Position numbers and translations under genes: made by a program
Assembly (NCBI GenBank): GCA_963514005.1
Contig: OY740803.1
Coordinates: forward strand, 15,562,001 to 15,626,000
Length of the DNA stretch: 64,000 nt
Reading direction: 5' to 3'
Source of the DNA: Raja brachyura
Taxonomy: Eukaryota
The notes under the pieces: generated by a model
What the model saw: the letters and a program-made list of their open reading frames with translations, nothing else
Databases searched by the model: none
Told to the model about the DNA's origin: nothing
Part shown: one piece after another, positions 23,981-38,244 of the stretch
How the letters are laid out: each line of letters begins with the position of its first letter
Position numbering within the stretch: the first letter of the stretch is position 1

Positions 23981-25259
23981 TTCAACCTGCAGCTGAGTAT
24001 TTGAGTTGCCGCATTTAAGGGATGTGATAATGGTTACATTGATAAGATTTTCTTTCTTTAACATCAAAATATATCCTGTTATATGGGAAAATTACATAAA
24101 AATCCAATATTAGGATTAGATTTTTTTTCAGCACATTTTCATTTATCATTTTGATTATTTGATTAGGTTATTGGTTTGAAATTCAATTAGAGTTAAGATA
24201 GATAGAAGAAGTACTTGCAGACATTTTTCCCTCTAATCTCTATAATACATTGTGTTCACGGACATTTAACTGAACATGAAATATGACAGCATTTCTGATT
24301 ATGTTTAACCCAGGATCTTTGCAAAAGTACGAAAAGCTGCAAAAAACATAGAACATAGAACGTCAGAGTTAAGATAGATACATCACGTGTAGGAAGGAAC
24401 TGCAGATGCTGGTTTAAACCGAAGATAGACACAAAATGCTGGAGTAACGCAACGGGTCAGACAGCATTTCTGGAGAAAAGGAATAGGTGATGTATTGGGT
24501 CGAGTAACTTCTTCAGACAACCTCATGACTTATTTTGCTCCTAACATTAACTTCACTTTAAGTAATTAGAGATAACAGAATTAATTACAAGTTTACATTC
24601 TACATTCATGGGGAAAGTTCCATTCATTTGGTTACTCGTTCTAGTTTAAGTCAACTGTTCTAGTTGACTTAAAAAATGGTTTTGGTTTACTGAGGTTAAT
24701 GTAAACATAAAATTGCTTTGTAGCACGCTTTGCTACAGTTGTAATCCTACCTAACATGCTGCACACATCGACTTTGCATAAACGGTACAGCCAATGTAAA
24801 AAATAAATCCCCAGTTAGTTAATCTACATGATCAAGAAGCAAATCATTTAGCCCAATCCACCCCAGCTGGTATCTTCCATAAGAGTCATATTCCTAATCC
24901 CATGTGTCCCAATTCTGTTCACATCCCCTTTTCTGCTTTCCTTCACCAATCATTCCAACTTATTTTTAAATATTGATTTGATCTCTGCATCAATCATATG
25001 TTCCAGTAATTTTTTCTACAGTCACACACACTCCTGTGTCAAAAAATAATTATCCCCCAGCCTTGGTCCCAATCTGTTGATATTACAATCACTGTCCTCT
25101 TATTCAAAACTTTGCTTTCACTGAAAGGTACGTGCTTTGTATATAATGTTCCATTATTTTAAACGGTTAAGAAGCGCGGCTTTCTTCCATTTAACAGAGA
25201 GTCATTATTCAGTCCTTTTATTGCATGCTTGTTTGCTCTGAAAGTAGAAATCTCAAGGA

Positions 25260-25516
25260 ATTAGATTAGATTAGATTAGAGATACAGCATGGGAACAGGC
25301 CCTTTGGCCCACGAGGTTCGCGCCAACCAGCGATCCCTGCACATTAACACTATCACTACAGACACTAGGGACAATTTACAATTATACCAAGCCAATTAAC
25401 CTACAAACTTTTACGTCTTTGGAGCTTGGGAATTAACCGGAGATCCTGGAGAAAACTCACGCAGGTCATGGGGAGAACATACAAACTACATATAGACAGC
25501 ACCCGTAGTCGGGATC
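25260..25516 (-). mobile_element. SINE (5' truncated)
   Basis: (TTAGA)n tail and family body. Confidence 0.75.
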
Positions 25517-25949
25517 AACATTGTTTTATAATAGTTTCATAATATTTAATTTCTTTCCAGTATTCATTCAAAAGCAACAGTTCAAAATTAAGCCATTGTT
25601 CAGAGTGAAGGCTGAAAAGGGATGAGATTATATAGTTAGGAGTTTCAAGGCTTGTGGAGGCAACATCCTCTGAGATCGAAAATGGCAGAGATACAAATGT
25701 GTCCAAGGTGTCTTTAAGCTGTTTGTCTTATCTGGAATGGTAAGCAAGGCCCTGAAGAGCAAGAAATTATTCAGCTACCACCACCCCTGGCAGAGTGTTC
25801 CTGTCACCTACCAACTACCACACACATCTCCATTAAACTTTCCACTCTCACTTTAAATCAAAGCCACATTTGACATTTCCCTGGGTTCTGACTGTTTACC
25901 CCATCTATTCCTCTCATAATTTAATATGTTTTAACTTTTTCACTTTGGG

Positions 25950-26268
25950 GGGTCACACAGTGGTGCAGTAGTAGAGTTGCTGCCTTACAACGCCAGAGAC
26001 CCGGGTTCGATTCTGACTACGGGTGCTATTTGTGTGGAGTTTGTACCTTCACCCTGTGATCGCGTGGGGTTCTCCAGGTGCTCCGGATTCTTCACACATT
26101 CCAAACACGTGCAGATTTGTGGGTTAATTGGCTTCTGTAAATTGCCCCCTGTGTGTAGGATACGAAACTGGGATAACATAGAACTAGTGTACGGGTGATC
26201 ACAGCTTGGCACGGACTCGGTTCGTCAAAGGGCCTGTTTCTATGCTGTATCTCTAAATTAAACTAAAC
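25950..26268 (+). mobile_element. Full-length SINE
   Basis: A-box, B-box GGTTCGATTC, body and CR1-like tail. Confidence 0.8.
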
Positions 26269-29200
26269 ATCTCTCAGAACTTCCCACAGCCTCCGACACT
26301 CCAGAGAAAACAATCTAAGTTTGATTGAAGCAGGTCATGCATTATCTTCTGTAGGAGAAACAAATTAACTCTCTATCCATGAATCCTTCTTCATAAAATA
26401 ACTACACTATATCTGATACAATGCAGTCAAGTATTCCAATTAGATTACTGGCAGTGCTTTTTTTTGTGATGGTACGTGGCAGTACAGCATACCAACACCT
26501 CTAAAGAGTTGAAGATTTTCACATTTTATGAATTTACATTTTTATTGCCTTCAATGTTATTAATTTGTTAAATTATGAGTTGATTGGTCGCAAAATCAAA
26601 TCAGAAGAGGTGGGTATATTAATGGAAAAAAGATTGTTGATAAATGTAGCTTAATTTTTAGTTGACATGCGTACCAAGACCTTTTTGTTCACAAAAGATT
26701 ACTGGTCACCACGTAACAACATTAGCCCTGACCAATGGAATTTTTACATCAGCCTTGTTGTTTCTTAATTAGTTTGCACACCGGTTATATAAAAAGAGAG
26801 AAATCCCCCTATTTGTCATGGGTACTTTCCTAATAAATAACCTGTTCTACAAGGCATATTAACATCTTTACCAAGATAATTATAGAAATACATTGTGGAT
26901 TAAATAATCAATCATAACAGACACATCCAAAGGCTTCTCATGGAGACACAATGCGTGTCTAAAACTGCACATTTGTTCTACTATTTTACACAAAAACGGC
27001 GTGTCTCATATTGAGATGAATTATATTTCAGACATTTGCAGACTTTGTATCCGATTGAGGAATGTTAAAGGATCATTAGTATTGCTATGTTAAAACTCAT
27101 GCCAATGGAATTACATTCTAAGGAAGAGCCCATTTCAAAGCTGCGTATTCACATTATTTCATTGATGGACTGACGATCGTGAAGAAAAGCAGGCTTCTCC
27201 TCTGATTTTCACAAGGACTAATAGACTAAGGCATGTCTTACAAATGCACCAGTGCAACATTATTATATCTGTGGTTAACCAGTCTGAAGCATACCAATAG
27301 AATCATTATGGATTGTGGATTTACATTAACCATAATTTACTCCAAGGTTAAAAGGCTGTGGGTAAAGTGCCAGGGAATAAGATTAACTGATCAGCTCTTT
27401 CCAGCAGTTGGAACAGGACTGATGGGTTCACTGAATTCCCTGCGTGTGTGATAATTCCTTTTTATAAATACGAGGCACACTCAAGATTTGGAATAAAGAG
27501 AACACAATGTGTAGGAAGGAACTGCAGATGCTGGTTCAAAAACGAAGATAGACACAAAAAGCAGGAGTAACTCAGTGTGTAGCCTCTCCGGAGAAAAGGA
27601 ATAGGTGATGTTTCAGGTCGAGACCCTTCTTCAGACACTGGCTCGACTTCCAGTTAACATACTCCGAAAAATGTTTTTGTGGTGTCTGTAGTTTCTCTTA
27701 TGTTACTGGAAAAAACTGGACAGAGGTACAGGACAGTAACTCTCAAATGAGCATCGGTATCTTTGCACTAGCATGCAGCGAGAGCCAAACAACGTGTTGC
27801 AAATAGACACAAAATGCTGGACTAATTCAGCAAGATGGGCAACGTCACTGGTGAGAAGGAATGGAAGGAATGGGCAGATTATTACTTCTAGATAGGCACA
27901 AGGAACAGCCAATGCTGGTTATCCAAAAAAGACACAAAGTTTTGGAGTAGCTTAGCGGGGTCAGACAGCATCTCTGAAGAACATGGATGGAAGAGGTTCT
28001 GACCTGAAAAGTCGCCTATCCATGTTCTCCAAAGGTACTGCCTGACCTGTTGACTTACACCAGAATATTTTAATGGTATCATAGAATGAAACACCCAAAT
28101 TATGACAAGCCATCATAGAATAATCATCTTGCCACTGAATATTAGGATATTAAAATGACAAGATCATTTCTCAGCAGTTTTCTTCACATACGTTACTGTG
28201 CTGTGCCGAACATCTGTAAGCTGCATTTTCTTCTGTGTGTGTAGAACATTGTGTCTCGACCCGAAATGTCATCTATTTCTTTTCTCCTGAGATGCTGTCT
28301 GTTCTGCTGTTACTCCAGCTTTTTGTGTCTGAAGAGAAATTGTCACAAGAAAGTGTTTGAAAGAGGTTGTGTAAAATTCATGTAGATTATGGTCGTCCAA
28401 ACTATATATATATGAGAAATTCAAGAATAGCTTTGACTTTTACATTAAAAACTATATTGAGATCATTTAAATTCTCAAGGTAGTTAGGTATTTAAAAATC
28501 GTTGAGAGTGTTTAATTCAAAATCATAACAATTTATTCAAATCTTGATCTAATCATTGGTGAATTCTCATGCAGAATACTGGAATAAGTTTATCAAGGAT
28601 GAACTGAAGTCTGGCTCTGGCACTTAGGAATATACTGGGTGACAACCAAGAATAGTTTGGTGCCTACTGGAGAGACAGTTGATGGCACGGAAAGACGGCA
28701 CCCCGAAAAGGCTGGGTTAGCACCCCAGTCTGTGTCTTTCATGAGAAAAACACTCAACAAACTTACGGAAAGGCCTAATGAACCAACATGGCCTAAAAAT
28801 CCATCAGGCAAGAATGAACACTCGGAGAAGGAGAAAGAGGTGAAATCACAGGCATTGAACCTGGTGAGACGCAGGAGGAGCCCGGCCGGGACTCAACCCA
28901 CAGAGCCCAGTCCCTCCACGCACTCAAATCTTACAATCCCTGCAGAGCAGTTATTAAGATGGCTGATCCATGGGCGGTTGCTGCTGAGGATGCGTCCCAG
29001 CGCATCTAGAAGATGTATATTTTTCACATAGTGTGTTATTTTACTTCTGTTCATTTATTTTGTTTACTTCAGTAAAATAACATGCTTCTTTTAAAATGTT
29101 GCATTAGTAGATTCAAAACTGTTAAAACATGAAGACCAAAGGTAAATTCTGGTCGTTCAATGACCATGAAGAGTTTTTATATCATCACAAGAAAGAGAGA

Positions 29201-29280
29201 ACTATTTGCACAGCTGTGAACCATCTAGAAAGAGTGCTGCAACAGGTTCATGGCAACTACTTTTACCAGCAAGTTCACAT

Positions 29281-30247
29281 TCAAAGGTTTCAAATGTCAA
29301 AGGTCTTCTATTGTCACGTGTACCAATTAATGTACAGTGATATTCCAATTCCAATACAGCCATACTAAAAAAAATGCAACAAGACTCACAACTATATAAA
29401 AGTTAACATAAACATCCATCACAGCGGATTCCCCACATTCCTCACTGTGATGGAAGGCAATAAAGTCTAATCTTCTTCCCTGTTTATTCTCCCGCGGTCG
29501 AGGCAGTCGAACCATCCCCTGTTGAGGTGATCGAAGCTCCCGCAGCTGGCGGTCAAAGCTCCCACGTTGGATCGGTTGAAGCCCCTGCGGCTCAGAGCTC
29601 ACAAAGTCGGTCTCTGACCAGGGACCACGAGCTCCACGATGTTGTCCGCAGGCTCCCGCGGTTGGAGCTCAAAGGTTGATCCCTGGCATAGGCCGCCAAC
29701 TCCTTAATGTTAGGCCGCAGTGCGGACGGAGATACGATATGGAAAAAAATTGCATCTCCGTTGAGGTAAGAGATTTTAAAAAGTTTCACCCAACCTCCTC
29801 CCACCCCCCACATGAGACAAACAAAAGAACACTAATAGCCCTGTCCCATGGTACAAGTTCATTCCAAGAGCTCTCGCGAGTTTAAAAAAATCAAACTCGT
29901 GGTAAGCATGGAGAATGAACATAGCGGATAAGTCGGAGCTCGGGGACCTCCTAGCGCTAACGGCAGGTACTCGGGAATACTCGCTAATGGCAGGTAAGCA
30001 CAGGAAAACCCGTGAAGATTTTTCAACATGATGAAAAATGTCCACGAGAGCCCCGAGTACCGACGAGTGGCCATTACCGCTATTTTCTGAGTTCGAATCA
30101 GGGTAAACTCGGGAGTACTCTTGGAATGAACTCGTACCATGGGACAGGGGTATAAGACATACATTTAACACATACTAAACCAAACAACAAAGAAGGAAGG
30201 GACAGACAGACTGTTGGCGAGGCAGCCATTGTTGGCGCCACCCGGTC
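29281..30247 (-). mobile_element. Unclassified GC-rich retroposon with a nested MITE
   Basis: Shares its 5' motif GCCAACAGTCTGTCTG and 3' block CCTTCCATCACAGTGAGGAATGTGG with 39912-40638; simple-repeat tail. Confidence 0.65.
29836..30152. mobile_element. PIF/Harbinger-like MITE
   Basis: ~35-bp TIR TA(G/C)CCCTGTCCCATGGTAC(A/G)AGTTCATTCCAAGAG; TAA TSD at 29833-29835 and 30153-30155. Confidence 0.88.
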
Positions 30248-31714
30248 TGACACTATCCTAATTTGGAAATTTGTCATTACTACCTCCAAACTGAACTTGA
30301 CAGTGATGTCTGCATTTTATGCATAAAACAAGAACTTAATCTGTGGTGCATTTGAAGTCACAACCACAACTTCCTCAACATTTTCTCATCATTCTAGTTA
30401 ACGTAGTCTGATTAAAGACACAGCATACTAAATAATGCAATTATATTAATAATTTGAATGACACCAAAGGAGCTTCCTTAGGCAACGTAAAACAGAATGA
30501 AAATCATTTTAGTAAACTTGAATGTGCACACAACTTAATGCAAATTATAGAAAAGCCCATGAACAATTTAAATCCCATTATTTGATGTGGTTCTACTCAC
30601 TTTAGTGTCTAAATCTTTTGATGGTTGGTTGCTTCCAACATACTGCATATATAACTCTCCCACTTTAATTGCATTATTAACTTAATTATTTGCAGACATC
30701 TGTTGGTTTAAAATTAACCACAGACTTGTCCAAACTTGATGCAAATAGTTTGAATGTTTTATACACCTTTGGCTGATGTTCGCTGCACTCGATCCCCGCA
30801 TTTTTGAAACATTATTACACCAGTTACTGATTTTTTTTGGCCACAACTGGAATAGCAAAATAGCAATAGTATTGGGATTTCACAATGATTGCATGACGAA
30901 GAAAATAATTGTTCCAATATTATTCTTTTATGCAACCACGCATTTTAAAGTGTACAATTACAGTACACAAATAGGTCTCACTAATTCTTACAGACGAGCT
31001 ACATTCTGACGCTTCTGTTTATGACTTGTTTATATTGTGATCATGAGCAGAAGAAGGCAGCATCTATCATCAAGGTTCTCCACCATCTGGAGTAAGTCCT
31101 CATTTTGTTGCCAGCATCAGGCTTAAGTCACAGCCTGAAGTCACACACCACCAGGTTCACAAACAGCTTCTTTCCATCATTACCATTTCATCAGGATCTT
31201 GAACTAACCTGCAAAACCCTAACCCTACCTCAGCACTTGCATACCATGGACCACCTCTTGCAACATCATGGACTTGTTTTCTAATTATCTTTGCACTGAT
31301 GCCTTGTTTTTGCACAATCTTTTTCTTTTCATTGTCTTGTCTCGTTTATATGTGGTTGTTATTTGAGTACATGTGCCTGTGATGCTGCTGCAAGCCAGAA
31401 TTTCACCTTACCTAAACCTCCTTACTAATATCATTGTACAGTGTAACCTCACCATTCCTCTAACTTTCTTTTAACTTATACGTATTTCTGGCATAACTGG
31501 GCTATGTTCTCTGAGCTGCAATAAAGTTTATAGACAGTTAGAGTAGGCTGTGAGGTTGAGGGATAGAAATATATTTTTTGCCTGCTTGTGTTTTGTCTGG
31601 ACACACTGAAAATTGACTTCTCTGGGTGTTAGAAATCTAGAGGAAGCATATATTCTATAAAAATTGCAAACCTCAATGGCCCTTTAGATGGGATACCCTG
31701 CTTTAGTAAGAGAG

Positions 31715-32240
31715 ACCCAAAGAGTCTGGAGCAACTCAGCGGGGTCAGGCAGCATCTCTGGAGAAAAGGAATAGGTGGCATTTCGGGTCGAGACCTTTCA
31801 TCAGACTGAGAGTTAGAGGGAGGGAAATTAGAGGTATGAAAAGGGTCAGAACAAATCAGATGATCCTGGAAAGGTGGAGCCCACAATGGTCCATTGTTGG
31901 ACATGGAAAAGGTGATGATAAAAGGATATATGTATGCAAACAGTGGAACTAGCAGGACATCTGGTGGGTTGTAGGCACGGAGAGGGAGAGGGGATACAAG
32001 GGTTACTTGAAATTGACAAAATCAACATTCATACCGCTGGGTTGTAAGTTGCCCAAGTGAAATCTGTATATGAGGTGCTGTTCCTCCAATTTGAGTGTGG
32101 CCTCACTCTGACTGTGGAGGAGGCCCAGGACAGCAAAGTCAGTATTGGAATGGGATGGGGAATTAAAATGTTTGGCAACCGGGAGATGGCATAGTCCAAG
32201 GCGGACTGAACGAAGGTGTTCAGCTGCTTGCGTGCCCATT
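31715..32240 (-). mobile_element. Penelope-like element 3' end (GIY-YIG C-terminus plus pLTR)
   Basis: Translation EHLRSV..LPVAKHFNSPSHS..LEEQHLI..LGNLQPSGMN; the downstream pLTR contains CTGATGA..GAAA and matches the fold-back arms. Confidence 0.85.
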
Positions 32241-32694
32241 TACAGGTGCTTCCAGTCACAGTCATGTGAAATTGGCAGTGGCTACTCCAGAGTTGGGTCC
32301 TTACCTGCCTCCAGTATCCAGCAACATGCCACTCCCTTCCAGACATCGCTTCATACGTACAGAACCCTGTGAATCATACGTCCAATACAGTGCTAGGCTT
32401 TCACACACTCAGGCTGCATTCCATAGCATTTAGCACAAGCTGTTTGGGAGTTTTTTCAAAGCAGATGTCCCCAAGAGTGGCACTTGCGCCAGGGTGCAAA
32501 AGACAGTCTGGTAATATCTTGCCAGCTGCATCTCTGCATCGACTGAACTCAGCCTGGTGATACAGTAAAGCCACTGCCTGTGTCAATTAGCACTGGCAAG
32601 CTGACAATTGTGACAGGCCGCAGATGTATCTCCATGTTGCTATGTGAATGTTAATGCTGCCTGATCCTACTTTAAGTGTCCTGGTTAATCATAG

Positions 32695-33005
32695 CAATCC
32701 GCACCACCGGACTCAGGAACAGCTTCTTCCCCTCTGTTATCAGGCTTCTGAACGGTCTTTCCATAGCTAGGGTACTGTCTGATTCACCACTACCGCATAG
32801 AGGGCATTGGACTTTGTCTGTGGAACTGGTGTGCTACAATACTGAGAACTCTATGCTGCACTCTTTATCTTCCCCTTTGCTCTATCTATTGTATTTGAGT
32901 TTGACTTGATTGTATAGTGTATGGTATAACTGATGCATTTGGATAGCGTTGAAAAGCTTTTCACTGTACCACGGTACACGTGACAATAAGAAACCTAAAT
33001 CTAAA
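32695..33005 (+). mobile_element. Rex1/Babar-like 3' end
   Basis: 'RTTGLRNSFFPSVIRLLN' followed by a 3'UTR. Confidence 0.7.
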
Positions 33006-34317
33006 CATAAATCAATACTATTCAAGGCACTTATTCAAAAATCAGTCAGTTCATCTGATTTTGATGAGAGTTGGGAGCCTACTTGCTGGCCTTGTTTTAT
33101 TCTTTGTCATTGTCCATTCCCAATAGATCGATATCACAATTACCAATATTCATTTTATTAAAGTATATTGAATGAATGAAAGAATGAATGAATGAATGAA
33201 TGATTCTTTATTATCACACGTGAGAAATCAGTGACATTCTTTGTTTTGCGTACCATACACGAAGTGTGCAAAGAGTTGCCATGTGCACGGCGCCAATCTT
33301 TATCTATTTACAAATATATATTTACTTCCATTGTGTTCCTTCCACTCCACTTATCAATGCTAATTTAACCATTGGGGAAAGCCTTCATCTAATCTTGATT
33401 GCTGAATTGTGCGTGTGCGATAGTCCACAGTAACACCGAACCAAATGGAATGGCTGGCTCGATGCCATTGACTACTCTGTCTGCTTCACATTTCCGCACA
33501 TGTTTGGCCAAATGTGGAAGCTGATTTGACCTTGGGCTCAGATGCTGTTACACCCACAACTACCCGAATTGTTTGAATAAGAGTCACAAACCCTTTAGGG
33601 AATAGGTGAGTGCAAGCAATTTATTCCTTAGTTTAAAAGAAACGAAAGAATAAATTGCTGTTTGAACTGTTTTGAAATATTTTTCAATTGTATGCCAAAA
33701 CAGTTCAAATCACCCCAGCCAAATGCACTGAGTGCATGCACCAGAAGTTCATATGTTATAGGAGGATAATTAGGCCATTCAGCCCATCAAGTCTACTCTG
33801 CCATTTAATCATAACTGATCTATCTTTCCCTATCAACCCCATTTTCCTGTCTTCTCCCCATAACCCCTGACACCCTTATTAACCAATAATCTGTCAATCA
33901 CCACCTTAAAAATATCCATTGACCTGGCTTCCACAGCCATCTGTGGCAATTAATTCCACAGATTCACTGTAGCAATCCCATGAAGGCATTTCACCAGCAC
34001 ATCTCAAGGGAAATAAAGGCTGCATGCGCTGATTGCGAGAAATAAATAAATAAAACAACAACCAAATCTCCAAGTAAGGAACTGCAAAATCTGGTTTATA
34101 CCTGAAAATCTGGTAGACACAAAATGCTGGAGGAACTCAGCAGGTCAGACAGCATCTGTGGAGAAAAGGAATAGGTGATGTTTCAGGTCAGAACTCTTCT
34201 TCAGACTCCAAGTCTCCAACTCTTGGCTGTTGAAGCTCCAATCATCTTTTTATTTTGCAATTGATCTGGTGAGTGGCTCATGATCATACGGGTGACAATC
34301 AGTGAAATATGGTAGAG

Positions 34318-34487
34318 TGTGTAGGAAGGAACTGCAGATGCTGGTTTAAACCAAAGATAGACACAAAATGCCGGAGTAACTCAGCGGGTTAGAGTCTTAA
34401 GAAGGGTCTTGACCTGAAACGTCACCCATTCCTTCTCTCCAGGGATGCTGCCTGTCCCGTTGAGTTACTCCAGCATTTAGTGTCTAT
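34318..34487. mobile_element. Fold-back Penelope pLTR-derived element
   Basis: Inverted arms with a degenerate hammerhead core at ~34396-34423. Confidence 0.7.
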
Positions 34488-34958
34488 GTTATATAGAGCT
34501 TTCAATTAATTCTTTGATCCAGTCCACTGCCCTAAGGATGCCTGTGTTACATTAAAGTGAAGGAGCCGTGCAACTGTTCAGCTGGATCATTATAGAGAGA
34601 ACACTGCCCTGACTCTGCACAATGTTTCTGCCTGCCTGCTCCAGCTGCAGATGTTTGAACAACTGGAACTTTTGATGTGGAGAATCAGACTACAGGTTGG
34701 AGCATGGACCAGGAAGCCTCTAGATCTCAGGCATTGTTGAAGGCCTTTGAACTGTTTTTTGCATAGAACCCAACAAACTTTGTTCAGAAGATCGGAAAAG
34801 CAAGACCATCATCATTCACAGAACTACGATGTGCTGAACTTGGATCAACACAGGAGGGAGGTCCTGGAGCCACTGCAGCACAGCAGACTGACAGAGGTTT
34901 GATTTCTTGGAAAGGACTGAGTTTGGCACTGAAAAGTTGTCGCAGCATTTGAAGCCTC

Positions 34959-35427
34959 CTCGAAGAACACAAGCTGAGATGTTGGATATGGTGGCTATAT
35001 GGTGGCTCATTGTAAAAGTCACCATTGTCTGGCTTTAAGCTGCACAAAAACGCAGAGGAACTCTAGCTTATGGAAGGACTCTTCAGAAGCTGATAACATG
35101 AGGAGGAAGCTGTTCCAATGTCCGGTGGCATACATTTCAAGCTTCTGTATTTTCTGCTGTACGGGAGTGGAGAGAAGAAGAATGACCAGTGTGTGACAAG
35201 TCTTTGATTATGTTGGGTACTGAGGCATCGTGGATTGTAGATGAAGTCAAAGGTGGGGACGCTGGTCTGTATGATCGACGGGGCTACATCCATTTTGGAC
35301 TTTAGACTCTAGAGATACAGCAAAGAAACAGGCCCTACGGCCAGCCGAGTCCACGCCGACCGCCGATCACCGTGTGCACAATCCTACAACTAGGGACAAT
35401 TAACCATTTACAGAAGCCAATTAACCT
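34959..35427 (+). repeat. Donor segment of a local inverted duplication
   Basis: Reverse complement of 46351-46833; spans unique DNA, a Rex fragment and a SINE 3' half with the same junctions. Confidence 0.9.
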
Positions 35428-35595
35428 ACAAACCTGCACATCTTTGGAATGAGGGAGGAAACCGGAGCACTCGGAGAAAACTCATGCGGTCACAGAGAGA
35501 ACGTACAAACTCCATACAGACAGTCCCTGTAGTCAGGATTGAACTGGGATCTCTAGCGCCGTAAGGCAGCAACTCTACCGTTGCACCCCTGTGCC
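35295..35595 (-). mobile_element. Full-length SINE
   Basis: Tail, body and tRNA-like head on the minus strand. Confidence 0.8.
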
Positions 35596-35679
35596 TCTTC
35601 TTTTTGATTCCCCCAGCCTTGGTAAAATACTCTGTGCATTCATCCTATCTATTCCCTTTGATTTTCTACACCTCTATTA

Positions 35680-36445
35680 TCTGAATGGTGGCAGATTAGG
35701 AAAGGGGGAGATGCAACGAGACTTGGGTGTCATGGTACACCAGTCATTGAAAGTAGGCATGCAGGTGCAGCAGGCAGTGAAGAAAGCAAATGGTATGTTA
35801 GCATTCATAGCGAAAGGATTTGAGTATAGGAGCAGGGAGGTTCTACTGCAGTTGTACAGGGTTTTGGTGAGGCCACACCTGGAGTATTGCGTACAGTTTT
35901 GGTCTCCAAATCTGAGGAAAGACATCCTTGCCATAGAGGGGGTACAGAGAAGATTCACCAGACTGATTCCTGGGATGTCAGGACTTTCATATGAGGAAAG
36001 ATTGGATAGACTCGGCTTGTACTCGCTGGAATTTAGAAGATTGAGGGGGGATCTTATAGAAACTTACAAAATTCTTAAGGGGTTGGACAAGCTAGATGCT
36101 GGAAGATTGTTCCCGATGTTGGGGGAGTCCAGAACAAGGGGTCACAGTCTAAGGATAAGGGGGAATTCCTTTAGGACCGAAATGAGGAAAACATTCTTTA
36201 CACAGAGAGTGGTGAGTCTCTGGAATTCTCTGCCACAGAAGGTAGTTGAGGCCAGTTCATTGGCTATATTTAAGAGGGCGTTAGATGTGGCACTTGTGGC
36301 TAAAGGGATCAGGGGGTATGGAGAGAAGGCAGGTACGGGATACTGAGTTGGATGATCAGCCATGATCACATTGAATGGCGGTGCAGGCTCGAAGGGCCGA
36401 ATGGCCTACTCCTGCACCTATTTTTCTATGTTTCTATGTTTCTAT
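35680..36445 (+). mobile_element. Young 5'-truncated CR1 LINE with an intact partial RT C-terminal frame
   Basis: [37 protein letters not shown] motifs; (TTTCTATG)n tail; TCTATTA at both junctions; nested in an older minus-strand CR1. Confidence 0.95.
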
Positions 36446-36764
36446 TAGATCACCTCACCTCCTGCACTCCAAGGAATAAAGGCCTAGCCTGCCCAAAACG
36501 TTCCGTATAGCTCAGGCCCCCAAGTCCTGGCAACTTCCACGGAAATCTTCTCTGTACTCTTTGCACCTGTAATACCACAATAGAGCAGTGTTATATGAGG
36601 CATATGTCAGCAGAGACTCAACGTCATCGAGGTTAGTTTCTTGAGAATTAATGTGATCCTGACTTTTTAGTTAAAGGGAGAGAATCTGGGTTTTATTGGG
36701 AAGCTGGGAGGCTAGAAAACACCCTGGGATGATGGAAGTGGTGTAGGGTGGAGGGGAGGGTTTA

Positions 36765-36998
36765 GAGTAGGAAGAACTGTAGATGCAGGTTTACACTGAA
36801 GATAGACACAAGATGCTGGAGTAATTCAGCGGGATTGGCAGCATCTCAGTACGGAAGGAATGGGTGACGTTTTGGGTCAAGACCCTTCTTCGGACTCTTC
36901 TTCTTTGGAAGGGTCTCGACCTAAAACGTCACCCATTCCTTGTATCCAGAGATGCTGCTTGTCCTGCTGAGTTATTCCAGCAATTTGTGTCTATCTTC
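36765..36998. mobile_element. Fold-back Penelope pLTR-derived element
   Basis: Inverted arms of the same family. Confidence 0.7.
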
Positions 36999-38244
36999 GA
37001 AGGGTTGAGAGTATGTGGGATTGGGTTGGGGGAAGTACAGTTATCTAACGATGTAGAGATCAGGATCTGTAGAGGAGAGGGGCTTTTGCACTGTTAAAGC
37101 AACGGAAAGAGTTAGGATAACGTGGTCCATTTTCTCCTGCAATGCTCCAAAGCAGAGTTGAACGAGAAATAACTTCATCCTATGTGTCTCCGATGCAGAG
37201 TTAGTGGCAGAATCACTGGGCTGCTCCATGGCAGGAAGTGCCCAGTTAAGATGCATGAGACATGGTAAGTGAACAAGAAATTGCTATAAATTTGTCTCAC
37301 ACCAACAAAAAGTTGTAAAATCCTTAAAATAAATGTATTAAGCAATTGAATAATGGAGATGTGTGGGGCAATTTGATTTTTACACATTGGATGGAATGTC
37401 TGGAATACGTTGCTTCGGGTGCCAGTGGAGGAAGCTACAATAGTGGTGTTTAAGGCTCTTTTATAGGAATGCTGATATGCAGGGAATGGAGGGATATGGA
37501 TCGTGTACTGGAAGATATGATTAGTAGCGTCATGTTCAGCATTGACATTACGGGCCAAAGGGTCTGTTCCCGTGCGGTATTATTCGATGTTTTGTTCTAA
37601 TCTCCGGGGAGCTGCAATACAAGAAGCAAAAGTGGAGATAGACATAATTGTTTATTTTTAAAAAGAAACATTATTTGTAATAACTCTATGCAAGCCACAT
37701 GCTGCAGTCAGTAGCTCGTAGATGCAATCATTGACCATGAAAGAAATGTTTCAATGGGCATTGGCAAGTTTCAGGCAAGGGCTGTGAATGTCAATGTCGG
37801 AGTTTTTAGCAATGTTGGCATGGATGCGAAACATAGGAGGCTATTTACCGTCTTTGAAATGGGTGGGGTGGTCATACATTTTGAGGGCTTAGTGCCATAT
37901 AAAAGCAGCACTAATGGGAAATGATTAATTTGTATTGGTATCATTCAATTGATCATTTTTGGGGAAAGGAAATGAAAGTCCAATATACAACTGTGCATTT
38001 TGGCAACTGATGTATGGGGATGTGACAGGAAAACCCCGAATGCTTTTCAGAGATGGATGTGATGACATCAAGTTTCATATCAGGATATTACACAGTAACA
38101 AGCCAGATAGAAATGATGGATTGTGACTACAGGCTGGCGAATGATAATGGCCTAAAATGTTAGTGTTTCTAATAAGTTTATCTTTGAGTTACCATCAATA
38201 AAACATATTTAAGTGAACAGATGGTTGCTTACAGAAAAAAACAT

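Noticed and set aside
25950-26020. tRNA genes at SINE heads
   Set aside because: A and B boxes are present but run into the SINE body, with no complete cloverleaf.
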